Source of the DNA: a virus
Lineage: Duplodnaviria; Caudoviricetes
Virus record (IMG/VR): IMGVR_UViG_3300012953_000003
Location: 1-40,802 of that record
DNA length: 40,802 nucleotides
Reading direction: 5' to 3' (one strand)
Shown piece by piece: positions 28,147 through 35,885 of the stretch; the first letter of the stretch is position 1; each line of letters starts with the position of its first letter. Under the pieces are notes generated by a model that worked only from the letters and a program-made list of their open reading frames with translations, did not search any database and had not been told where the DNA came from. Both the position numbers and the translations under genes were made by a program.

Positions 28147-28184
28147 TTTTTTGATTTATCGTTAGTTCTCTATAGTTTTAAAAA

Positions 28185-28355
28185 ATGTCTAGAAAGGAAT
28201 GGTTCGTTCAAAATGAAAGGATGTTAAGAATGGAACGCCTCTATATTTTAGATCAGCGTCATTTGCCGACGCATCCGCAACATGGGCTTTTCATAGGACT
28301 CGCGGAAAAGGCCGAGGAACTAGAAAAGGTATTAGACGAAAATGGATCTGATTAA
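28185..28355 (+). CDS. 56-aa hypothetical protein
   Basis: MSRKEWF...ERLYILDQRHLPTHPQHGLFIGLAEK; resembles a recalled small picocyanobacterial/cyanophage family. Confidence 0.65.
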   Translation: MSRKEWFVQNERMLRMERLYILDQRHLPTHPQHGLFIGLAEKAEELEKVLDENGSD

Positions 28356-28512
28356 GTGCAAATGTTCTCACTGTCGAAACATAGAACGACAGCAAAGAGA
28401 AGCAGAAGCAAGATCGGCAAAAAAGCAAGCACTTGTCTCTTATTGTAAAAATAGTTACTTTGAAAGAGGAGCCAATGATGCGGCTCTGATGTCTAAGGCG
28501 ATGGACAGGTGA
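28342..28512 (+). CDS. 56-aa CxCxxC protein
   Basis: MDLIKCKCSHCRNIERQQRE...; overlaps the previous ORF. Confidence 0.45.
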   Translation: MDLIKCKCSHCRNIERQQREAEARSAKKQALVSYCKNSYFERGANDAALMSKAMDR

Positions 28513-28546
28513 AAGGCTCTCGGTTTCCCCATGCTGAGAGCTTTTT
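28512..28546. terminator. Probably bidirectional intrinsic terminator
   Basis: AAAGGCTCTCGG...CTGAGAGCTTTTT between convergent units. Confidence 0.75.
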
Positions 28547-28727
28547 ATTTGCGCCGCACTTTATTCATGGCGGCTTCTTCTCTCTCTGCTTTCAGCTCAT
28601 AATAAGCGGCGAAATAAACTAATTCCTCATCTGTTAATTCTTGTCGTAACCTGCTCAGGGTCATCCCTAACTCAGTTGCAAGCATTAACTCAAAGTTGAG
28701 CCAGTTATCCGCCTTTAGTCTTTTTTT
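28545..28727 (-). CDS. Tail chaperone -1 frameshift extension (gpT-like part of gpGT)
   Basis: Slippery GCA AAA AAA GAC; the -1 frame gives RLKADNWLNFELMLATELGMTLSRLRQELTDEELVYFAAYYELK... Confidence 0.85.
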   Translation of the reverse strand, partial: KKRLKADNWLNFELMLATELGMTLSRLRQELTDEELVYFAAYYELKAEREEAAMNKVRRK

Positions 28728-29080
28728 GCTTCTTCAATAGTGGCGTTGCCATCTTCGTCCACACCAAAAAGAAACAATTCTAATTCGTTTAAAATCTTCT
28801 CAGGTAATCGGCGTAACGCTGCAACTTCGCCAATGGAAAAAGCCTTCGTTCCGTCCTCCAGCTCTGCCTTCTCTATCAGCATATAAGTTGACATCTTTAT
28901 CGCTTCGTCTGTTCCTGCCCTGCCTTGAACAGCAAGACGATCAGCGCGAGTAATAGGTTTAAAATATAAATCAAATAAATGTTTCTCGTCGATAATAAGT
29001 TCATATTTACGACGACTATTCATGTCAAAAGCGGCCGATAAAATATCAGCCGCCCTTTGATCTGTCTTCTTTGTTGCCAT
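28715..29080 (-). CDS. Tail assembly chaperone (gpG-like)
   Basis: Follows the tail tube gene; EDG.KAF motif; ends EEAKKD at a slippery site. Confidence 0.85.
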   Translation of the reverse strand: MATKKTDQRAADILSAAFDMNSRRKYELIIDEKHLFDLYFKPITRADRLAVQGRAGTDEAIKMSTYMLIEKAELEDGTKAFSIGEVAALRRLPEKILNELELFLFGVDEDGNATIEEAKKD

Positions 29081-29124
29081 GAAAAATTTATCTTAATAAG
29101 ATAATTCTACACAATAAAGACTGT

Positions 29125-29541
29125 TTAGCTTGTAACCGCGTTGGTGATTGCGCCAGAAGCTTGGAAGTTGATGGAGCAAGTTTCAATTTCGTTTGTTGTT
29201 GCGCCAAAATCAACACTTGTCACGATGCCACTGAAACTGATTTTTCTTGTGCCATCTAAGTAAAGCTCAAACGCTGCATCAGCAGGGTCGGAAGCCGTCA
29301 ACGCCTCAAGGATAATTTCACCAGCTCCAGCCGCTGCGCCGGGTGCTTCGTAAAGCATTTCAAGCGAGCCGCTTCCTGAAGTCAATCCACCGATAAAGGT
29401 TTTGGCTGTAGCTCCTAAAGCAGTTGTTTCGTAGGTTTCTTTTTCTTCGGTAAAGCTCCAGTTTTGAACTCCAGCAACAGCGAGAGCAGTAGCCGCACTG
29501 TTTTTGAATTTTACGGAGCCTTCCTGTCCTCTGATTGCCAT
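29125..29541 (-). CDS. Major tail tube protein
   Basis: W.F......ETTALG...K.FI.GL.SGSGS, FSG.VTS and FQ.SG.I motifs. Confidence 0.9.
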   Translation of the reverse strand: MAIRGQEGSVKFKNSAATALAVAGVQNWSFTEEKETYETTALGATAKTFIGGLTSGSGSLEMLYEAPGAAAGAGEIILEALTASDPADAAFELYLDGTRKISFSGIVTSVDFGATTNEIETCSINFQASGAITNAVTS

Positions 29542-29569
29542 GAGTTAAAAATGAAGGTTTGAATAAAGT

Positions 29570-29716
29570 TTAACCTTTTGTTGAGGTTGAGTCAGGTTTT
29601 TTTGAATTTTCTTGTTTTGCCTTATAGCGTTGCTCGCATCTTCCATCCCAATAATTGACGTTTCGAACGCCTTTAACCTCTTCGATGATGTCAAGCATTT
29701 CTTCGGTAAATTCCAT
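29570..29716 (-). CDS. 48-aa hypothetical protein
   Basis: TAATG-coupled; MEFTEEMLDIIEEVKGVRNVNYWDGRC... Confidence 0.65.
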   Translation of the reverse strand: MEFTEEMLDIIEEVKGVRNVNYWDGRCEQRYKAKQENSKKPDSTSTKG

Positions 29717-29919
29717 TAGACCTTTTCCTTTGTGTTTATTGTATTCAATAATATCAATTTAATCAGCGTTGCTTTGTTATAGGTGTGGGTCGTTCCTGCC
29801 ATTCGTCGTAAATACCAATTCGGATATTGCCGCAAGCTCTTTGCATATAGTTCCTCATGCGTTGGGGATTTATAAACGAAAGGACTGCCAAGAAAATCAA
29901 GAAATTTTTTAATTACCAT
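29716..29919 (-). CDS. Hypothetical protein, possible HeH/Rho-N-like fold
   Basis: LR.MA......NKA.LI..I pattern. Confidence 0.55.
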   Translation of the reverse strand: MVIKKFLDFLGSPFVYKSPTHEELYAKSLRQYPNWYLRRMAGTTHTYNKATLIKLILLNTINTKEKV

Positions 29920-30185
29920 TTAACTTTATCGGCCCAATAGGCTGCGCTCATTTTACCTTTGGAAATATTTTTGGCATGTCTAGCTTTAAAAGAAGCTTGT
30001 TTTGCTTTGCCTTCTTTTGTTTTTGGATTGTCTCCAGCTCCTTTAACACCTTGTTGACCAAATCTAATAAGTTTTGTTTTATTGCCATCTTTTGCCAAAA
30101 CAGCGTGTGACTTTTTTGGATGGTTTGGCGTTCTTTTAGGTTTGTTGTATCCAGCAAACGTTTCCGAACCTTTAGTAATTGTCAT
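29913..30185 (-). CDS. Basic conserved phage protein (DUF5754-like, tentative)
   Basis: IRFG, SFKARH and SAAYWA...KW motifs; Lys-rich. Confidence 0.7.
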   Translation of the reverse strand: MTITKGSETFAGYNKPKRTPNHPKKSHAVLAKDGNKTKLIRFGQQGVKGAGDNPKTKEGKAKQASFKARHAKNISKGKMSAAYWADKVKW

Positions 30186-30406
30186 TTCTTTTTTGGAGCT
30201 ACTTTTAATTGTGATCTTTTTTTTAATACAGCATTGCCTGTTGATTCTGATTTAATTTTTATTATTGGATCTTTTGCCGTTCCTATTCTTGTTACTGTTC
30301 CGCCTGACGGCCCTTTAATTGAAGATCTAGTCCCGCCTTGTCCTGTAACTACTCCATAAGTTCGTTTGCCTTGGTAGACCCAACTGACTCGGCGTCCTTT
30401 TTTCAT
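30182..30406 (-). CDS. DUF2945/Hva1 Tudor-like protein
   Basis: K.G..V.W......G.V...DP...I.S..TG..V.KK.S.L pattern. Confidence 0.75.
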   Translation of the reverse strand: MKKGRRVSWVYQGKRTYGVVTGQGGTRSSIKGPSGGTVTRIGTAKDPIIKIKSESTGNAVLKKRSQLKVAPKKK

Positions 30407-30461
30407 TTTTATACCTTTTTATTTATTTTTCTAGCATAGTAAAAGAAAGAATCAAATTTTT

Positions 30462-30740
30462 ATGGAGTTTCTAGATTGGCTTGTAATTGATTCAAAGCCC
30501 GAAAAAGATTTTCTGCTTGAGGTTTACAGTCGGCAAATTTTAAACAATAAAAATCACAAAGAAGTCGCGGAAATGTGCGTGAGTTTGTTACATCAGAACA
30601 ACGTTAAAGATCAAATAATGTTTAAGGCCATCGAAAAAATTTCAGAATTAGAAGAAAAAGTTACAGATTTAGAATTAAAAAAAGAGCGCCTTGAAAAGCG
30701 CTCTTGTTCTTTGATTGAAAAATTCCTGAATAGAAATTAA
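30462..30740 (+). CDS. NblA-like phycobilisome degradation adaptor (candidate)
   Basis: E..F.L..Y..QI...E....VSL..Q..VKD matches my recalled NblA helix-loop-helix pattern; extra C-terminal coiled coil. Confidence 0.55.
   Translation: MEFLDWLVIDSKPEKDFLLEVYSRQILNNKNHKEVAEMCVSLLHQNNVKDQIMFKAIEKISELEEKVTDLELKKERLEKRSCSLIEKFLNRN
30677..30705 (-). terminator. Intrinsic terminator of the recombination operon
   Basis: AAGAGCGC...GCGCTCTT with a U tract on the minus strand; lies inside the + ORF. Confidence 0.65.
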
Positions 30741-31069
30741 AACGCGTCGTCTACTTCAATTTTTCTTGGATTTATATTTCCGTAACAACTTTCGCCATCA
30801 GGGGAAATTTTTCCTTTCGCATTGATGTAGATAACATCGCCGACCTCTTCCTGCCTTGTCTCAGGATTCCAAACTTTTTTATCTTTTTTTATATATTTTT
30901 CATCGGCTGCCATTTTGTAAATATGAGCGGCAAAAGCATCCGCAGATTTTACGGGGATAGCAATCGACATCTGTTTTGGATTCGCGTCGGAATCATCAAA
31001 AGGATTGTCGTTCAGAGACCATTTCAAAGTGAAAGGTAAAGCGGGAACGAACTCGTTGAAATCAGCCAT
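30737..31069 (-). CDS. Hypothetical protein, possibly SSB-like
   Basis: Downstream of ERF; acidic-aromatic C-terminus EVDDAF. Confidence 0.6.
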   Translation of the reverse strand: MADFNEFVPALPFTLKWSLNDNPFDDSDANPKQMSIAIPVKSADAFAAHIYKMAADEKYIKKDKKVWNPETRQEEVGDVIYINAKGKISPDGESCYGNINPRKIEVDDAF

Positions 31070-31289
31070 TTAGTGTGTGGTCGGATAGTTGATGTAAAAA
31101 ACGTCGTCGGATAAGAGAACGAATAAATTTGTTTGGTTTAATACCTAGTTGGTCGCATTTTCTCCGCAAGGCTTGGGCCTCTTCGTCATCAGTTCGAACC
31201 GTAAAAATATTACGGTTGTAAGCCTGATTACGTTTTTTTAATTGTTGGCGAATTAGTTCGCCAGAAAGATCGGCTGCCTCGGGTGACAT
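31062..31289 (-). CDS. Ribbon-helix-helix-like DNA-binding protein
   Basis: FTVRTDDEEAQALRRKCDQLGIKPNKFIRSLI. Confidence 0.7.
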   Translation of the reverse strand: MSPEAADLSGELIRQQLKKRNQAYNRNIFTVRTDDEEAQALRRKCDQLGIKPNKFIRSLIRRRFLHQLSDHTLNG

Positions 31290-32012
31290 TTATGCGCTCT
31301 GGTATTGGTCTAATAGTTGGGACATGTAGTCGCCTTGCTCTTTTGTTTGAATATGGCTAGGGGCCAAATTCTCGGAGCTGATGTTGAACTTTGCCTTATA
31401 AAGTTTTTTAGCGTGGTTTTTGTTATCTGCTGAAAGATGCGGATCAGCCAGCTTAACTTTTATTTGATCTAAAACTTTAGGATCAATACTTTCTTCTTTT
31501 TTTTGTGAAGTTTTTGGCGGCTCTGTTTTTTTATTCAGGCCGGACGGGCTGCGACTAAAACCCGTTTTCTTGTTGCTGCTGAAACTGTTTTTTTGTTGTG
31601 GCTTTTTGTCTTCTGTTTCTGGGTCGTCGTTGTCACATTCAAGACCAAGAATACTTTTAAGGCTGTAGCGCCTCGCGTATGTAATAGCGCCGCCCCATGC
31701 AAACATTTGTTTATGTTGCGGGGTCGTTTCAGGAAGCATTGGAATAAATAAAGGGATTTCTCCTTTTATTTCTTCGCCTGATACATGTCTGAGAATTGTG
31801 ATAACGGTGGGCTGACCTTGTGGCGTAACTCCAAAAGGTTGTGAAACGAAAAGTCCATATTCAAGCAAGACCGGGTTTAATTGGTCGAGCGTCATTTCTA
31901 AAGGCAAATAAGAATAATTATGCGCCGGCTTCGTGTTGATTAACTTCGGCGCGTTTTTCTTAAATTCAATTAATGCTTCGTTTAATGTTTTTGGTTGCTG
32001 TTGGTTCGGCAT
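31290..32012 (-). CDS. erf: ERF family ssDNA-annealing protein
   Basis: Y.Y..LE, L.HVSGE and GGAITYARRYSL..ILGL...DD signature. Confidence 0.93.
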   Translation of the reverse strand: MPNQQQPKTLNEALIEFKKNAPKLINTKPAHNYSYLPLEMTLDQLNPVLLEYGLFVSQPFGVTPQGQPTVITILRHVSGEEIKGEIPLFIPMLPETTPQHKQMFAWGGAITYARRYSLKSILGLECDNDDPETEDKKPQQKNSFSSNKKTGFSRSPSGLNKKTEPPKTSQKKEESIDPKVLDQIKVKLADPHLSADNKNHAKKLYKAKFNISSENLAPSHIQTKEQGDYMSQLLDQYQSA

Positions 32013-32026
32013 TGTTTAGACTAAGG

Positions 32027-32063
32027 GACTTCTTTAGTATACCTTCTCAATTAAACGCGTCAA
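32027..32063 (-). promoter_or_regulatory. Early-type promoter of erf
   Basis: TTGACG-N16-TATACT-AAAGAAGTC. Confidence 0.8.
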
Positions 32064-32064
32064 C

Positions 32065-32541
32065 CTACAAAGCCCTTAAATGTTGTTGGACGTTTTTTAA
32101 TTTTTTAATGTAGATATAAGCGCCCGGATGTTCGCCTCGTTTGCAATATCTTTTTTCATTGGAATTTTTTGCAACAAGTGAGTCATCTTGTAAAACTGTT
32201 CCGCCCGCTTTTTGGCTTAGTCCGTCATATGTGCTTCGCTCCAATTTTTCGAGGTCGCCATTTCTAACGCTTGTTACATATTTAGGCGCAGATGGTTTTA
32301 AGCGGTGCGCGTTCTTGCCTGTTCCGTAATGGCTCTTAGGCCGAGGAAAAATAAAAACAATCGTAATGTCAACAGCGTCTTCGATAATTGGTCCATGATA
32401 AAACTTTAAAGCGGCTTCTCTGACGTCTTGACGCCACGGCTTAACGCGTTTACTGCTTTCAACCATTACGCCATTGCCGACGTGCCGTTTGCTTCCTTGA
32501 GGCGCAGGGATGCCAACGACGGGAATATAAATTAAAGCCAT
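32065..32541 (-). CDS. rusA: RusA-like Holliday junction resolvase
   Basis: PAPQGSK, DLEKL.R...DGL and DDS.V motifs. Confidence 0.9.
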   Translation of the reverse strand: MALIYIPVVGIPAPQGSKRHVGNGVMVESSKRVKPWRQDVREAALKFYHGPIIEDAVDITIVFIFPRPKSHYGTGKNAHRLKPSAPKYVTSVRNGDLEKLERSTYDGLSQKAGGTVLQDDSLVAKNSNEKRYCKRGEHPGAYIYIKKLKNVQQHLRAL

Positions 32542-33242
32542 TACACAAAAAGCAAACCTTGAGAAACTGGTTTGTAATCAGCGTTATATCGTTTGTTATC
32601 TCCTTTTGGATAGTTGCAAATTTCATAAGCTAAATTGGCAAGCATTTCTTTTTTTTGTTTTTTTGTGCCTATTAAATAAAAATATCTGTGCTTTCTAGGG
32701 CGTTCTTTTAAATATAATTTATCTCCATATTTTTCTTTTAGTAAAGTGTGTTTGTCTATGTTTTTATTTTTGTCATAACGTCCAACACTATCTTCAATGG
32801 AGCTGTGGTGCATGTGTTCCAGACCTTCAACAGCGTAATCTGTAAACTTGTTGCTTAAACCTGTATAAATCCAATTAGTTGCTTGATAAATATAACCATG
32901 ATGATTTTGTGAAGTGTCAGCATAGCTAACAAGAACAGAAGGTTTTGGTAGTTGTTTAAAGCATTGGGCAACAAAAAAAGATAATGAATTTTTTTGTAAT
33001 TTTTCGTTAACGACTAATCTATTTAATTCAAAAAAACAATCTTGGTATAAACCTTTAAAAGCTCCTTTTATTAAAGTATGGCTCATGGGTTTACCAAAAC
33101 TACAAACACCTTCTAAAGAGTTATTTTCATACAAGCCAAAAGCATAAGAAACTGACGGTAATCTTTTTGCATAGTGTTTATGTAAAAACCACTCTTTGCA
33201 TTGTTCGTTTTTAATTTTTGTAATTGTATATTTATTGTTCAT
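32541..33242 (-). CDS. mom: Mom-like DNA modification protein (GNAT fold)
   Basis: HY, ELNRL, VSYAD..Q.H.GYIYQATNW.YTG, KHRY and YPK motifs. Confidence 0.85.
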   Translation of the reverse strand: MNNKYTITKIKNEQCKEWFLHKHYAKRLPSVSYAFGLYENNSLEGVCSFGKPMSHTLIKGAFKGLYQDCFFELNRLVVNEKLQKNSLSFFVAQCFKQLPKPSVLVSYADTSQNHHGYIYQATNWIYTGLSNKFTDYAVEGLEHMHHSSIEDSVGRYDKNKNIDKHTLLKEKYGDKLYLKERPRKHRYFYLIGTKKQKKEMLANLAYEICNYPKGDNKRYNADYKPVSQGLLFV

Positions 33243-33932
33243 TTAAAAAAACTCCTGTTTATCTTCGAACTTTGTCCACGCGTCAGCCCATGCAAGCCGA
33301 CACGTTAAAGGGTCTTGAATTTCTCCGATGACTGTTTTGCCGGGTCTGGACCAAACAGTTCGGCAAGCATCAACGACAATTCCATGATGATTTGCCAGCG
33401 CGTCAACGTAACTTCCTAATTGTGCATCAGTTGAATAAATGCCTTTGTTCTTTCCTTGTGTTTTTAAATCAATCAAAACAAGTTGGTCCGCCGCGTGGTC
33501 ATATCCCAAAAGGTCCAACTGTCCGCCGACCGATTTCAAAAGATCACAAAGCATATACTCGACGGCCCACGGCTCAAAGCTTTTCCAATAGTCGTGATTC
33601 ATTAACGGCTCGACCCATTCTTTAAAATCTCCGGGGTCTGGTTTTGGATCTCCCAACATTTTCTGTTGCAAGGTCCAATGAACGTGAACGCCGCGAGGTT
33701 CCCAAACGTGTCTATATTTTTCAATGTTCGCCATAGCTGCGGGGCTTTTATCGTTGCAAGCTTGAGTTGTTGAAAAGGCCAACCATTCGCCTGTCGGTTC
33801 CCAACAATATTTATGTTTCGATTCATCGCGAAAAATTGGAAGCGGGTCAAGTTTTAATCCTGACCATGCATTAGGTTTTCTGTTCAAGGTTTGGCAATGT
33901 TGCCATTTTGCGAACGGGTTTGTTTGGTTCAT
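33243..33932 (-). CDS. PD-(D/E)xK exonuclease-like protein
   Basis: RG..VH, E, GGQLDL, IDLKT and QL.SY motifs. Confidence 0.82.
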   Translation of the reverse strand: MNQTNPFAKWQHCQTLNRKPNAWSGLKLDPLPIFRDESKHKYCWEPTGEWLAFSTTQACNDKSPAAMANIEKYRHVWEPRGVHVHWTLQQKMLGDPKPDPGDFKEWVEPLMNHDYWKSFEPWAVEYMLCDLLKSVGGQLDLLGYDHAADQLVLIDLKTQGKNKGIYSTDAQLGSYVDALANHHGIVVDACRTVWSRPGKTVIGEIQDPLTCRLAWADAWTKFEDKQEFF

Positions 33933-33972
33933 TAATCAATAATTAAGGGGGGGGGTGTAAGTAGGAAAAGTC

Positions 33973-34314
33973 TCAGAACAAAAAAAGAACTTCTGCTTTT
34001 CGTCCTGATTTTGTTGGCCTTGTTATCTTCTTTAGTATTAAAGACGGTTTTGCTTTCGGGTCAAATATCATTCGACAAGAAAGTTTTTTATCTTTTACCA
34101 ATTCATTAACGCGAGCGCAAACAGTAGCAAGGGGTAAACCTGTCGCGGTTGCAATTTCTTCTCTTGTGTATCCTTCTGGAGCCAGTTCAAAAGCATTTAA
34201 AATTGTTTGCTGTCCCTTTTTTATTTTGGGTTGAATAGCGATTGCCGCTTCGATTGATGTTTCTGTTCTGTTATGTGGCGCGGTTGGTTGGTCGAATAGG
34301 TTTGTTTGGTTCAT
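33973..34314 (-). CDS. Winged-helix DNA-binding protein
   Basis: TREEIATATGLPLATVCARVNELV...TKSGRKA. Confidence 0.8.
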   Translation of the reverse strand: MNQTNLFDQPTAPHNRTETSIEAAIAIQPKIKKGQQTILNAFELAPEGYTREEIATATGLPLATVCARVNELVKDKKLSCRMIFDPKAKPSLILKKITRPTKSGRKAEVLFLF

Positions 34315-34583
34315 GTTGCTAAGTCTTTAGGATCAATAATTTCAACAGCCTCTCCAACGGGCAAATGCTCGCGAGCAAGGTTTTTAAATTGCACTCCTAT
34401 ATACCCATTTGGAAAAGATGTCGGATGATTGTTTGCTGTTGCGATTTGCTCCGCGACTCCGGGGCTTAATTGGTCAAGGTCGTTAATGTCCCAAAGTGGG
34501 ACGTCAGGGTTTGCGGGGTTGCGTCTTTGTAATCCACCTTTTAAAAGACGGATAATTGTCGAGCGTTCAAAAGCGGGTTCCAT
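34311..34583 (-). CDS. Hypothetical protein
   Basis: 90-aa ORF coupled to both neighbours. Confidence 0.7.
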   Translation of the reverse strand: MEPAFERSTIIRLLKGGLQRRNPANPDVPLWDINDLDQLSPGVAEQIATANNHPTSFPNGYIGVQFKNLAREHLPVGEAVEIIDPKDLAT

Positions 34584-35158
34584 TAGCTTTCAAATCCTCC
34601 TGCCGCTGTAAAGACCCGAGACTGTAAAGCGGACGGAGCTGGCTCCTTGCTGGCTTGTCCGCCGCCGTTAATCTTCTCGTAGTTGGCAAGGGTTATTGAA
34701 GACCACGGGCCGCGAGGACCGCCAACGATGGCCAGTTCAATCTGAGCAGAAACAACAGCGTCGCCATATTTTTTTTGGATGTCAATTAATCCTCTATGAA
34801 GTTGCTTCCATGAAGCTTCACTTTTAGCGCCTGACTTAACCGACCAAAAGAAAGCAATTCGCTCCGCGTGTTTCGTCAAGATAAAAGGAATTAATTCCTG
34901 TTTAAATCGAAAAGTTGAAATTTTATTTTTTACCTTTTTATTATTAACTATAGTTTTATTATTAATAGGTAAAGGCTCCCCTTCTTTCTGACCTTCCTTT
35001 GTCTGTGTCGCCTTTCCCAAGTTAACACGCCTGTCAATAGCAATTAAGCCTTCGTTAATAACATGGTTGATAAACCCATTGCTGGACATGTATGAGGGCT
35101 TGATCATGTTGCACTCGTCGATCAGATTGCAATCAATTCGAATCGGTTTTGTTTCCAT
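34583..35158 (-). CDS. Putative replication initiator-like protein
   Basis: Two domains joined by an N/K-rich linker encoded by very AT-rich DNA; first gene of its operon. Function is inferred. Confidence 0.5.
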   Translation of the reverse strand: METKPIRIDCNLIDECNMIKPSYMSSNGFINHVINEGLIAIDRRVNLGKATQTKEGQKEGEPLPINNKTIVNNKKVKNKISTFRFKQELIPFILTKHAERIAFFWSVKSGAKSEASWKQLHRGLIDIQKKYGDAVVSAQIELAIVGGPRGPWSSITLANYEKINGGGQASKEPAPSALQSRVFTAAGGFES

Positions 35159-35297
35159 TTTGGTTCAGATTGTTTCAGTGGTGAAGTATTCCGATTACAT
35201 AATGACACACGTCAAAAAGTCGTCAATACATTAATTGAAATATTGTTGCTTCGGACTTTTCCTACTTCTGGGATATAGGGCTTTATTTGCTTGCATT

Positions 35298-35327
35298 AAA
35301 AAAGCCCCCAGTTAAGGAGGCTTTTTT
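35298..35327. terminator. Bidirectional intrinsic terminator
   Basis: AAAAAAGCCCCC-agttaa-GGAGGCTTTTTT. Confidence 0.85.
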
Positions 35328-35465
35328 AAAACTCTAACTTGTTAGGCGACGGTTTGAGATTGGTCATCGGCCCTAGTAACTTATCCGACTAGCGGAGCCT
35401 ATCTGATCGAAAGTTCAGTGAATGGCGGTTGAAACTTGGAGTTCCTTGTGTCTCGCTCCGAGATG
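35298..35465 (-). ncRNA. Candidate structured ncRNA
   Basis: Lies between a TATATT -10 box and a terminator; several hairpins; only a 13-aa ATG ORF. Confidence 0.4.
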
Positions 35466-35521
35466 TCCTTAATATACATCAAAAGTATACTAATAAAGCT
35501 AGTTGTAATAATTAGTTACAA

Positions 35522-35773
35522 TCAAAGTTCAAAAGCAAGAGCCTTTGCCAAAAGTTTGCGGATCGTGCTGCTTTGAGATTCTCCAGACTTGGCAGCAATT
35601 TCTGAAATTTCGTTTTTGATTTCTGGCGTCACGCTGACCTGAAGAACTTCGCTCCATAATTCCGACCCTTCAGGCTTCCTTGGCATTTCGCTATTTTTCG
35701 ACCAACACTTAATCAACAATAGTAATTCTTTTCGCCTTTGTTCGGCGAATGTAATGCGTTCAGAATTGTTCAT
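35522..35773 (-). CDS. RHH/CopG-like regulator (start uncertain: 35773 or 35686)
   Basis: LQVSVTPEIKNEISEIAAKSGESQSSTIRKLL. Confidence 0.7.
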   Translation of the reverse strand: MNNSERITFAEQRRKELLLLIKCWSKNSEMPRKPEGSELWSEVLQVSVTPEIKNEISEIAAKSGESQSSTIRKLLAKALAFEL

Positions 35774-35885
35774 CGTCGTCCTCTGGTTCTTCTGTTTCTT
35801 CGTCTTCAAAGTATTCGGGTTCGTAAATGTTTTCTACGACATGATCGCCTATTCTCATAAAACGATAAGGATTGAATCTTTTCAT
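35760..35885 (-). CDS. 41-aa acidic peptide
   Basis: ATGA-coupled; MKRFNPYRFMRIGDHVVENIYEPEYFEDEETEEPEDDDEQF*. Confidence 0.6.
   Translation of the reverse strand: MKRFNPYRFMRIGDHVVENIYEPEYFEDEETEEPEDDDEQF

Noticed and set aside
28486-28514. CTGATG...GAAA as a hammerhead ribozyme
   Set aside because: The core reads CUGAUGU rather than CUGANGA, and I could not build stems I and III.
33243-33932. Nuclease as Cas4
   Set aside because: I could not see the four-Cys Fe-S arrangement, and the context is a phage recombination operon.
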